DNA of 64,000 bases from a virus: IMG/VR virus record IMGVR_UViG_3300030333_002570, positions 1 through 64,000 of that record; one strand, given 5' to 3'. The notes beneath the pieces are model-generated. The model was not told the DNA's origin. It saw only the letters and a program-made list of their open reading frames with translations, and did not search any database. The position numbers were made by a program, and so were the translations under genes. Within the stretch, counting starts at the first letter, position 1; each line of letters begins with the position of its first letter. Positions 8,471 through 16,862 of the stretch are shown piece after piece.

Positions 8471-8872
8471 ATGAAAGTTGCACTCGCTGCTGCATTATTA
8501 TTAGGTTCACTTCCAGTGAACGCAGATGAGTATCAACCAGGATACTCTTCCACTAGAACCTGTGTTAAGACTGAGTACAGAGAAGAATATGTACCAGGCA
8601 CACAAGATAATCCTGGTTACGTTAAGAGTTGGTCTGAACAGATTGAAGTGCCATGTGAGCCTTGGCAAAGAAGAACTTCTGATAGACCAACATACCGCAG
8701 ACAAGTTACTGTTGTAGAAGATACTAATGATTGCTCAGATGGAGCAGTTCTTGGTGGAATTGCTGGAGCAGGTGCTGGTGCTGCATTATCAAGAGGAGAT
8801 GGAAGATGGTGGGCAATCCCTCTAGGAATTGTAACTGGATCCGTTATTGGATGCGATCTTGATGGTGGATAA
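8471..8872 (+). CDS. Secreted or membrane protein with glycine-zipper hairpin
   Basis: Signal peptide; C-terminal GAVLGGIAGAGAGAALS...AIPLGIVTGSVIG. Confidence 0.75.
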   Translation: MKVALAAALLLGSLPVNADEYQPGYSSTRTCVKTEYREEYVPGTQDNPGYVKSWSEQIEVPCEPWQRRTSDRPTYRRQVTVVEDTNDCSDGAVLGGIAGAGAGAALSRGDGRWWAIPLGIVTGSVIGCDLDGG

Positions 8873-8874
8873 TC

Positions 8875-9183
8875 ATGGACAAGCATGACATTCCCATCTT
8901 AGGAGATTTTTATACAAAGAAAGAAGTAGATGTTATGATTGCTGATGCTCTCGCTGAGGCACGTGCAATCGATGAAGAATCTATGAGAAAACATAACCGA
9001 GATGCTACTATCATTAGTATGATTCTCGGTTTTACTTGTCTTGCTTTGTTCCTTGATGGTCTTCTTAGAATACTAGGAATTATCCCACCATTTATGGATC
9101 TTGATGTTAATGTTGTTGATGATATTATAGATAAGGTTGAGTCAGATATTTTACCTTTAGTAAACAAAATTCCCCGAATTTAA
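8875..9183 (+). CDS. Hypothetical membrane protein
   Basis: 102 aa with one TM segment. Confidence 0.7.
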   Translation: MDKHDIPILGDFYTKKEVDVMIADALAEARAIDEESMRKHNRDATIISMILGFTCLALFLDGLLRILGIIPPFMDLDVNVVDDIIDKVESDILPLVNKIPRI

Positions 9184-9185
9184 TT

Positions 9186-9272
9186 ATGCATTTAGTATTA
9201 CCGATCATTTGTATCGCTTTGATATGTTTAGTAATAGTTTATTCTGTCATTCAAAAATACAATCCCCATTAA
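9186..9272 (+). CDS. 28-aa single-TM peptide (not in ORF track)
   Basis: MHLVLPIICIALICLVIVYSVIQKYNPH fills the gap between the flanking ORFs. Confidence 0.5.
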   Translation: MHLVLPIICIALICLVIVYSVIQKYNPH

Positions 9273-9273
9273 T

Positions 9274-9639
9274 ATGGCATTTCTCTACGTGTTATTACCT
9301 GTTTTAATGCTTGTACTTGGTGGGACTGCTGTTACATTAATTGTTAGAAATCTCATTGAGATTAATAAGATAATGAGTAAACCAGTCCCAAGAAGAAGGC
9401 AAACTATTCATCCAGAATTGGATGAGGTTAAAGATGGTGATGAATTACTCGTAGTAAAGTTTAAACCAGAAATTGATGAAGCAGGAACAGTGGATATTAA
9501 ATTCACTCCTGATGATAAGTTTACTGATAGACTATTAGATAAGGCTTTAAGAAAAAGGATACAAGAACTTAGTCCTGATCCTTGGGATGATGATGAAGAT
9601 GATGGTGATGGTGATGTACCTGCTGTTGTAAGAAGGTAG
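9274..9639 (+). CDS. DUF2973-like membrane protein
   Basis: TM helix, then HPEL....DELLVVKF and an acidic tail. Confidence 0.65.
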   Translation: MAFLYVLLPVLMLVLGGTAVTLIVRNLIEINKIMSKPVPRRRQTIHPELDEVKDGDELLVVKFKPEIDEAGTVDIKFTPDDKFTDRLLDKALRKRIQELSPDPWDDDEDDGDGDVPAVVRR

Positions 9640-9659
9640 ACCCATATATAATTCGACTT

Positions 9660-9716
9660 TTTATTCCCAGGAAACCGCCAAAAAAACTCGGCAAATTTTT
9701 TGCCCCTTTAGATTTT
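9660..9716. terminator. Possible bidirectional terminator at a convergent junction
   Basis: GGCAAA-ttt-TTTGCC and GCC/GGC hairpins with A/T tracts between convergent genes. Confidence 0.4.
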
Positions 9717-10463
9717 TTAAGTTACTGTAGTAGTTTGAGATCCAGGTCCGTTATCATATGAAGTCACTGTTCCTACATTGTCTGTGACTACAACACTACC
9801 TGTAGCAGATCCAGAACTATCTAAGAATCTAGCACTACTATTAAGTAGTGTTTTTTTATTGCCTTCACGATCTATCTCATTATTTGTTTCGTACGCGACT
9901 AACTCTTCAAATTCATTATCGATCATTTCCACTATTGGTGGAGTTGGTAGTTTTATCTGTCTTTTCAATTCATTTTCATAATCTTCATATTCGTAATTTG
10001 TCACTGGATAGACAGATTCTTCTGATGACTTAGTTGTTCCATCTGGCAAAATTGCGTTAAAATTGCTATTTACTTGAATTCCCTTTTGGATGAAAATTTC
10101 GTCATTATATAAAATTTCATTTGTTTCATAATGGTGAATACCATCAGGATTATCGTAATTTGCTGCGACAAAGGACTGTAGTTCATTTACGTTTTTTGGC
10201 CATTGACTGTAAACATCAGTAATATTGTTAGTTAGTAAAATAATCCAATCTAGGTTAATATCACCATACATTGCATGAGCGATTAATGGAGGAGTTTCAT
10301 GATCACCTATATGATATGGTTCTAACAAGGTAATGTACTTATCCATATCTACCCTTGTTATAGTTCTTCTGAATAAGTTCTTTACAAGACGATATTTGAA
10401 AGATTCATCATCTGTAATTCCTTCTCCAACGTAAATATTTGGTAATTGTGAAAAATATGCCAT
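9717..10463 (-). CDS. g53: Baseplate wedge subunit gp53
   Basis: MAYFSQLPNI, P..IA...YGD..LDWIILLTNNI.D...QWP, GIHHYET, VTNYEYE. Confidence 0.92.
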   Translation of the reverse strand: MAYFSQLPNIYVGEGITDDESFKYRLVKNLFRRTITRVDMDKYITLLEPYHIGDHETPPLIAHAMYGDINLDWIILLTNNITDVYSQWPKNVNELQSFVAANYDNPDGIHHYETNEILYNDEIFIQKGIQVNSNFNAILPDGTTKSSEESVYPVTNYEYEDYENELKRQIKLPTPPIVEMIDNEFEELVAYETNNEIDREGNKKTLLNSSARFLDSSGSATGSVVVTDNVGTVTSYDNGPGSQTTTVT

Positions 10464-11527
10464 TAGTAACCTGCTGCTGCGTCTGATTGAGTTATCAGTC
10501 TAGTTTCAGTAAATGTAACTGTCATAACAATAGCTGGATTATCAATACCAGCATTTGGTAAGTATTTAAATGCTTGATATTGGTTATCGGGTGTATAGTT
10601 AATATTAATACCTGTACAAACAGATGGATATATCTTAAACATTAAATCCCTTCTGCTAGTTTCGTTTATATTACCAGAACCTGATGCAGTATCATTATTA
10701 GTACCAAAACGGACAAAACGTAATTGGAATCTATCGGGAACCTCGAAGAATCTGTTTGATCCTGCATAATTAGTAGTTCCCTTCATACCTTTGAAGAAAT
10801 CTTTGTCCCATATATTCTTATGTTTCTTTTCTCTATCCTTTTCACCACCAGGAACTTTGAATTTTTGCTTATCGTTGATATATTTGGTTACAAACTCACC
10901 ACTTCTAATTCTAGGTAATGAACCAATTTTAATATAATTGATTATATTCCATATTTCATTTGATTCACTTAAATTCTTAGCATAGAACTTAAATGCAAAG
11001 TTATGTGTTCTAAAACTCATACCTTGGAACATTTGTTCTGAATATGGGTTAAAAACCTGACCACTTTGTAATTGTCTAACTGTATTAATATCTAATTGTC
11101 CTTGTAATCCAACGAATTGGTTAAATCCATTGATCATTTGCAAAACTGCAGATGTTGAGAATTCGGGTAATGCTGAATGTGCTGCATCTTGCAATTTTTC
11201 AGACATTTCACCGAAATCTGCTGATTTCATCATTCCTAGTGCAGCAATACCACCTACACCAATATCTGCTCTTCTATATGCAGGACTATATTGTGTTGCA
11301 ATTTGTGGAGGTACTGCAATATAGCATCTATCTGGATGTTGTAAAACTTTTTGTTGGTTACCTGGACTATTTCTTTTGTAGAAATTAGGAACATCCTTAT
11401 CATTATATGAAAATCTCTCACGACGAAGCATTAGGTAATCGGTAGCTTCTGTTGGGGAATCTGCTATTCGAGTACCTGCTTGCGACCTTGATGCTGGTGG
11501 TCGTAATGGGTATTTAAAGATTGACAA
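10463..11527 (-). CDS. g48: Baseplate tail-tube cap gp48
   Basis: NPYSEQMFQGMSFRTHNFAFKF, VCTGININYTP, TFTETRLIT. Confidence 0.88.
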   Translation of the reverse strand: MSIFKYPLRPPASRSQAGTRIADSPTEATDYLMLRRERFSYNDKDVPNFYKRNSPGNQQKVLQHPDRCYIAVPPQIATQYSPAYRRADIGVGGIAALGMMKSADFGEMSEKLQDAAHSALPEFSTSAVLQMINGFNQFVGLQGQLDINTVRQLQSGQVFNPYSEQMFQGMSFRTHNFAFKFYAKNLSESNEIWNIINYIKIGSLPRIRSGEFVTKYINDKQKFKVPGGEKDREKKHKNIWDKDFFKGMKGTTNYAGSNRFFEVPDRFQLRFVRFGTNNDTASGSGNINETSRRDLMFKIYPSVCTGININYTPDNQYQAFKYLPNAGIDNPAIVMTVTFTETRLITQSDAAAGY

Positions 11528-11533
11528 TTTCTA

Positions 11534-11566
11534 CCTAAATAATATCGTGATCTCTATGTATTTATG
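11534..11566. promoter_or_regulatory. Face-to-face pair of late promoters
   Basis: Plus-strand CCTAAATA (11534-11541) and minus-strand CATAAATA (11559-11566). Confidence 0.55.
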
Positions 11567-11986
11567 CGTTATAAGCAAGGAAAATATATTCCGAGGCTTC
11601 CAAAGAAGTATAAAGGTGATTATCGGAACATAGTTTACCGATCATCTTGGGAATATAAATTCATGCAGTGGTGTGATAATACCCCTTCAGTCGTTGAATG
11701 GGGAAGTGAAGAGATTGCTATACCTTATATATCCCCTGTTGATGGGAAACGCCATAAGTATTATCCAGACTTTTATGTAAAAGTTGGTAATAAAAAATAT
11801 ATGGTTGAAGTGAAACCTACTAGACAAACAAAAGAACCTAGAACTCAGAAGAAAATAACTAAGCGTTATGTTACTGAGGTTGTTACCTATAGTGTAAATA
11901 AAGCTAAATGGAAAGCAGCAGAGGAATTTTGTAAAGATTATGGATGGGAGTTTATGTTAATCACGGAAAAGGAACTTAAAGTATAA
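11564..11986 (+). CDS. g4: Head completion nuclease gp4
   Basis: YRSSWEYKFM.WCD, WGSEE..IPY.SP.DGK.H.YYPDF, EVKP, NKAKWKAA. Confidence 0.93.
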   Translation: MRYKQGKYIPRLPKKYKGDYRNIVYRSSWEYKFMQWCDNTPSVVEWGSEEIAIPYISPVDGKRHKYYPDFYVKVGNKKYMVEVKPTRQTKEPRTQKKITKRYVTEVVTYSVNKAKWKAAEEFCKDYGWEFMLITEKELKV

Positions 11987-12846
11987 TGTTTGCAAGTATT
12001 TTCTCAGCAATAAATCAAATTGTTGGTGCTGTTTATGGCAATTCAACACCTGATCCTGGTGTACCTAATTGGGGTGAAGGTCGTCATTCATCATTACAAG
12101 AGTTTTCGTCATTTTTTAGAAAGCAAGCAAATTCTCCTGCATTAACAAATCTTTATTCTATTCACTTTACTACTCCTACAAGATTTAATCAACTTCCAAA
12201 CTGGGGGTTTGGTAATCAGCAAAGATATACTAACCTATTATTAGATTATTATTGTGATACTGTAAACCTACCAAGTAAACAAGTATCTACAGGACAGATT
12301 GTTACTCAGGGTGCATCTTATAAGTATCCAACTGGAAGTGCATTTAGTCAGATTAATATGACTTTTAAAATGCCACAGAATCAATATACACGAATGTTAT
12401 TTGAAAGATGGATAGCATTGATGAGAAATGATGCAGATCAATATACAGATTATTATGATGATATTGTTGCACCATATGTAAGAATTATAAAATGGGAACG
12501 AGGTGGTGGAAATAGTGTTCATCAATATAATGATAATGGTGCTCTTAGCCAGCAAGATACTAATGCTAGAGTAACTCCAGATAATTATAGAAAGCATCGT
12601 GTAACAGCTTGTTGGGAATTAAGAGAGGTTTTTCCATATAATATTGGATCGGTACAGTTGAATAATATGGAATCGAGAGTAATGACTGTTACAGTTGGTT
12701 TTTATTACTCTAGGTATAGATTTTATGGTAAAAATGAGCTAGATATACAAGATGGAAATGTTGGAACCCTTGTTCCTACTAATCCAGATAGGAGGACTAC
12801 GTTGAATCTGTTAGAACCAGATTCTCGATATATCTCTTACGGATAG
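11986..12846 (+). CDS. Tail-tube-like baseplate protein (gp54/gp19 fold)
   Basis: CDTVNLPSK, LREVFPYNIGSVQL and TVGFYY tube-fold motifs; synteny before g26. Confidence 0.7.
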   Translation: MFASIFSAINQIVGAVYGNSTPDPGVPNWGEGRHSSLQEFSSFFRKQANSPALTNLYSIHFTTPTRFNQLPNWGFGNQQRYTNLLLDYYCDTVNLPSKQVSTGQIVTQGASYKYPTGSAFSQINMTFKMPQNQYTRMLFERWIALMRNDADQYTDYYDDIVAPYVRIIKWERGGGNSVHQYNDNGALSQQDTNARVTPDNYRKHRVTACWELREVFPYNIGSVQLNNMESRVMTVTVGFYYSRYRFYGKNELDIQDGNVGTLVPTNPDRRTTLNLLEPDSRYISYG

Positions 12847-12878
12847 ACCATAAATATTAATACTGAATTGAATGTACT

Positions 12879-13592
12879 ATGGTATTACCTACATTAAACA
12901 CACCGAAATTTAAGACGAAACTGCCTTCTGATGGCAGAACAGTCAATTTCAGACCGTTTCTAGTAAAAGAAGAAAAAATTCTTCTAGTTGCAACAGAAAC
13001 TGGAGACCAAAATAGTATGGTTTCTGCGATTAAGGATATTATTAGTGCTTGTACTGATATACAAGACTCTGAAAATCTTTCGACATTTGACATTGAATTT
13101 ATTTTCCTACAAATCCGCACGAAATCCGTTGGTGAATCTGTAGATGTTACGGTGCTTTGTCCTGATGATGAAGAAACTGAGACAAATGTGAAGATTCCTT
13201 TGAATACTATTAAAATTAAGAGAACCAAAGGACATACTAATGAAATTAAAATTAGTGATGAAGTAGTTCTTACAATGAACTATCCTACTTTAGAAACCTT
13301 TGTAAAGATGAACTTTGTTCCTGATGAAACACCTGGTGTTGATCAGGTATTTGATATGGCAGCTAGTTGTATAGCATCTATTGCTGATCCAGAACAAGTT
13401 TATGATGCACAGGATTTACCAAAACAGGAAATACTTGATTTCTTAGATCAGATGACTTCTGAGCAATTTAAGAAAATTCAGGATTTCTTTGAAACTATGC
13501 CTAAACTTCAGCATACAGTTAAGGTAACTAATCCTAAAACTAAAGTAGAGTCTGATGTTGTTCTTGAAGGATTAGCGGCTTTTTTCGGATAG
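12879..13592 (+). CDS. g26: Baseplate hub assembly protein gp26
   Basis: RPFLVKEEKILL, FDIEFIFLQIRTKSVGE, FFETMPKL, LEGLAAFF. Confidence 0.93.
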   Translation: MVLPTLNTPKFKTKLPSDGRTVNFRPFLVKEEKILLVATETGDQNSMVSAIKDIISACTDIQDSENLSTFDIEFIFLQIRTKSVGESVDVTVLCPDDEETETNVKIPLNTIKIKRTKGHTNEIKISDEVVLTMNYPTLETFVKMNFVPDETPGVDQVFDMAASCIASIADPEQVYDAQDLPKQEILDFLDQMTSEQFKKIQDFFETMPKLQHTVKVTNPKTKVESDVVLEGLAAFFG

Positions 13593-13780
13593 CCCTTCTT
13601 CATAACACCTTGAAGAATTATTATGATACTAATTTTGCTTTGATACATCATCATAAGTGGAATATTGAGTACATCGATAATCTTATGCCTTGGGAAAAAG
13701 AGGTTTATATTAATCTCTTAACCGAATTTCTTAAGGAAGAGGAGCGTAGAATGAAGGAGCAGAACGCGGCTAATGGCTAA
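13586..13780 (+). CDS. g51: Baseplate hub assembly catalyst gp51-like ORF in the -1 frame, without a good start; probably reached by frameshift from g26
   Basis: -1 frame reads RIALLHNTLKNYYDTNFALIHHHKWNIEYIDNLMPWEKEVYINLL...; the only ATG (13685) is downstream of the conserved NFAL..HHK motif; T TTT TTC at 13580-13586. Confidence 0.85.
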   Translation, partial: RIALLHNTLKNYYDTNFALIHHHKWNIEYIDNLMPWEKEVYINLLTEFLKEEERRMKEQNAANG

Positions 13781-16700
13781 ATTGCAGCTGTATAAATTTA
13801 TTAATCCAGGAGGTGCAGGCACTAGTAAGGGTCTGAAGCACAATGCTGGACGCACAGCAATTTTAGGCATTAACCGTTTAGGTAGTACTCTTAATGGTAT
13901 TACTCAGATTGTTGGTGATATGGGATCTATTGCTAAGGCAACAGATCGAGTTGAAAGATTACAAGAAAAAGCAGAACGCAGAAGGTTAAAGAGAGAACAA
14001 GACCAAGCTGCTGAGGATGAATTAGAACGTAAAAATGCCCTGATGGGAAAGGGCATAAAGTGGAAAGGGGCGGTAAAAAAACAAAAGAAGGGGTTTGCTG
14101 AACAGTTCTTTGATAAGATAATTACTCCTTTTGCAAGTTTCCTTAAGATAGTAGGATCCTGGTTAATTGGACTGGGTGGTAAACTTGCTATGTACGAGGG
14201 TCTGAAATGGTTAGCAGACCCTGCTAATAAAGATAAAGTAGAATTATTTTTACATAAACTCCATGTAGTCTGGTCAAAGATTAGTGGATTCTTCATGGGA
14301 AGAATTGGTAATATAATGGATGGGTTTGCCAATTTATTTGGAACTGGTAGTACTCTTGGAGAGAGATTAAAGGGTTTAGGAGAGCTTATACTTGGAATTG
14401 TTGGATTAGGGGCGTTATTAAATCCATTTGGATTAATGGATGCTATTCTAAGCTTATTAGGATGGGATTGGTATAGGGATAAACCACAGAGAGGAACAAA
14501 TAAAGGACCGAATCAAGGTAGAAACTCAAGACCAGGTAAAAATCCAAGGTGGACTAAGACTAGTAGTTCGATTAATCGAAGGTTTGGTAAGAACGGAAAT
14601 AGATTATTTGATCAATACCGACGTATGGGTATGTCGGAAAGTGAAGCACTTAAGAGAGTAACAAGAGCTGCACGTAAGAATCCCCAAGCATTTAAACCAC
14701 CTAAACCTACAAGTGGATTATCACCAAAAGGTGCTCCTAAAGGAAAGATAATAAAACCTGGTGCTAAACCTGGATTAGGGAAGATGCTTAAGAGAACTAA
14801 TCTTAAGTTCTTAGGACCTAAAGCATTAAAGGGTGTTAAGGGTGTATTTAAGAATGTATTTGGAAGAATACCGTTCTTTGGTGCTGCTTTAACTACTCTA
14901 TTCTCTCTAATGATGGGAGAACCATTAGATCAGGCATTATGGAAAGGTGGTGGTAGTGCTATTGGTGGTGCATTAGGAACTCTTATTCCTATACCAGGTG
15001 TAGGTAGTTTAGTTGGTATGCTCGTTGGTGAGTATGTCGGTGATTTGATGTACACCATGTTTAGTGGTGGTGGAATAAAAGCAGTTGGTGATAGATTAAA
15101 ACAAGATATTAAAAACGTATTTAATCAAGTTGGTAATTTAATTAACTGGGTTAAAAAAGGATTTGTCAGGTTATATGAGGGATTGCCTAAATGGAAGATT
15201 CCTGAACTTCCAAAATGGGTTCCGAGACGAGATTGGATAAGTAAATGGATGTTGATGGGTCTACCAGGAATGGAGATCCCAAATCCTATATGGTTAGCTA
15301 ATCCACTTAATATTTGGCCAAAAGCTAAGTTAATTGCATCTGCTTTCTTTGGTGATAGTGCTATTCCCAAAGGAAAGACTGAGACTGGTCAGAATGCCCC
15401 TAAAGAATTATCTGAGCAAGAGAAAGAGAAAATCAAAGGTGCTACTTCTGGTGTCAATGCTAGAAAACGAGCAGAACTTGAAGGTAAAACACCAATTTAT
15501 AATAAGCGTGGAAGAATTGTAGGTTGGAAAGATAATGAAACTGGTGAGGTTACAAAACAAGAAACTAAGTATGCAGCACCTGATCCTAATAAACGGCAGA
15601 TGGGTAGATCTGCTGCTAAAAAGAGGCAGGAGGCAAATAAAAGTAAAAGTAATATAATATCATCTATTACTCCTACTGAAGAACCTAAGAATCAGTGGTG
15701 GGATTTTCTAGATTGGTTCCCTAATAAGAAAAAAGAAGATGATAAACCTAAGCAACAGATGGGTAGATCTGCTGCTAAAAAGAGGCAGGAAGCAAAGAAA
15801 TCTGAAACTACACAGATAGGTCCTTGGGCTCCTGGTTCTGGTGGGTTTAAGACTTACGAAGATCATTTAAATAAACCTAAAAAAGAAGAATCAAAATCAA
15901 AATGGTGGAACCCATTTAGTTGGGGTAAGATGCGTGGAGGTAAGGTATTAGGTTATGGAGCCGTACCTCCTAGACTATTAAATAAGCAATATTTCTTTGG
16001 TAAGATCTTTAAAGGTATTAGTAGAGCAGTTAGTGGTGTAGTTAAAACTGTTACGAATGTAGTAAAAAGTGTTGCTTCATCCCCTATTTTAGGAGCGATA
16101 ATGCAAGTCGCACCTATTATATTCCCACCAGCAGCACCTTTCATATATGGTGCTCAGGCTGTTATGTCTCTGGCACAAGGAAATATAATGGGTGCTATAG
16201 CACCTGCTATGGGTGCATTAGGTGGATTCTTCCCAGGTACATTCGGACCAACATCTGCTATTGGTAAGTTCTTGGATGGTCCAATTGGTAAGATTGGAAT
16301 GGGATTCCTTGAAGGTGGTGTTGGTGGTGCATTAAGTGCTGGATTGGGTGCTCTTGGTGGTAGTGACATGTTCAAGGGCAGTAAGATAGGTAAATTCTTA
16401 CAAGGTAATATGGGTCAGATGATCGGAAGTGCTGCAGCAGCATTAATACCAGGTGTTGCTAACGTACCAGGATTGTCTCAATTATTTGGAATGGAATCCT
16501 TTATGCAACCACTGGATATGATGCAAACCCTTGCCGATGGAATGGGTATGGGTGGTATGTTTAAAGCCATATCAGGTATGATGGCTGGTGGAAACTTTAT
16601 GCAAGGTTTACGAGAACTTGCACCAGAGTTAGGTGTTGATCCTAGAGTTTTAGGTGTGTTTGATAAAAGTTCAAATATGTTTAGTGCTTCTTCAAGTGGT

Positions 16701-16859
16701 AGTAGACAGAGACAATTATCAAATGAATATGCGATGCAGACAGCAATAGAATTTGTTCCTGTACCAATGCTCATTGAGAAGTTAGTTGAAATTCCTAAGC
16801 CTATACCAATAAATAATCCTATACCAGTACCAGTCCCTCAGAAACAGCAACAGAAGTAA
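13773..16859 (+). CDS. Tape-measure-like / baseplate hub protein (gp29-like) I
   Basis: 1028 aa, coiled-coil N terminus, long Gly/hydrophobic amphipathic repeats; directly after g26/g51. Confidence 0.65.
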   Translation: MAKLQLYKFINPGGAGTSKGLKHNAGRTAILGINRLGSTLNGITQIVGDMGSIAKATDRVERLQEKAERRRLKREQDQAAEDELERKNALMGKGIKWKGAVKKQKKGFAEQFFDKIITPFASFLKIVGSWLIGLGGKLAMYEGLKWLADPANKDKVELFLHKLHVVWSKISGFFMGRIGNIMDGFANLFGTGSTLGERLKGLGELILGIVGLGALLNPFGLMDAILSLLGWDWYRDKPQRGTNKGPNQGRNSRPGKNPRWTKTSSSINRRFGKNGNRLFDQYRRMGMSESEALKRVTRAARKNPQAFKPPKPTSGLSPKGAPKGKIIKPGAKPGLGKMLKRTNLKFLGPKALKGVKGVFKNVFGRIPFFGAALTTLFSLMMGEPLDQALWKGGGSAIGGALGTLIPIPGVGSLVGMLVGEYVGDLMYTMFSGGGIKAVGDRLKQDIKNVFNQVGNLINWVKKGFVRLYEGLPKWKIPELPKWVPRRDWISKWMLMGLPGMEIPNPIWLANPLNIWPKAKLIASAFFGDSAIPKGKTETGQNAPKELSEQEKEKIKGATSGVNARKRAELEGKTPIYNKRGRIVGWKDNETGEVTKQETKYAAPDPNKRQMGRSAAKKRQEANKSKSNIISSITPTEEPKNQWWDFLDWFPNKKKEDDKPKQQMGRSAAKKRQEAKKSETTQIGPWAPGSGGFKTYEDHLNKPKKEESKSKWWNPFSWGKMRGGKVLGYGAVPPRLLNKQYFFGKIFKGISRAVSGVVKTVTNVVKSVASSPILGAIMQVAPIIFPPAAPFIYGAQAVMSLAQGNIMGAIAPAMGALGGFFPGTFGPTSAIGKFLDGPIGKIGMGFLEGGVGGALSAGLGALGGSDMFKGSKIGKFLQGNMGQMIGSAAAALIPGVANVPGLSQLFGMESFMQPLDMMQTLADGMGMGGMFKAISGMMAGGNFMQGLRELAPELGVDPRVLGVFDKSSNMFSASSSGSRQRQLSNEYAMQTAIEFVPVPMLIEKLVEIPKPIPINNPIPVPVPQKQQQK
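15597..15790 (+). repeat. 35-bp exact direct repeat (15597-15631 and 15756-15790) encoding QMGRSAAKKRQE
   Basis: CAGATGGGTAGATCTGCTGCTAAAAAGAGGCAGGA occurs twice in frame. Confidence 0.95.
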
Positions 16860-16862
16860 GTA

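Noticed and set aside
11521-11526. TTGACA as a sigma70 -35
   Set aside because: No -10 at 16-18 bp; it is the reverse complement of the g48 start codons
11564-11986. TnsA-like endonuclease as a mobile element or homing endonuclease
   Set aside because: Motifs and synteny match core head-completion protein gp4
13904-14332. Antisense ORFs in the tape-measure-like genes and g5 (also 23695-24102, 15125-15370, 16478-16774)
   Set aside because: Shadows of Gly/Thr-biased sense genes
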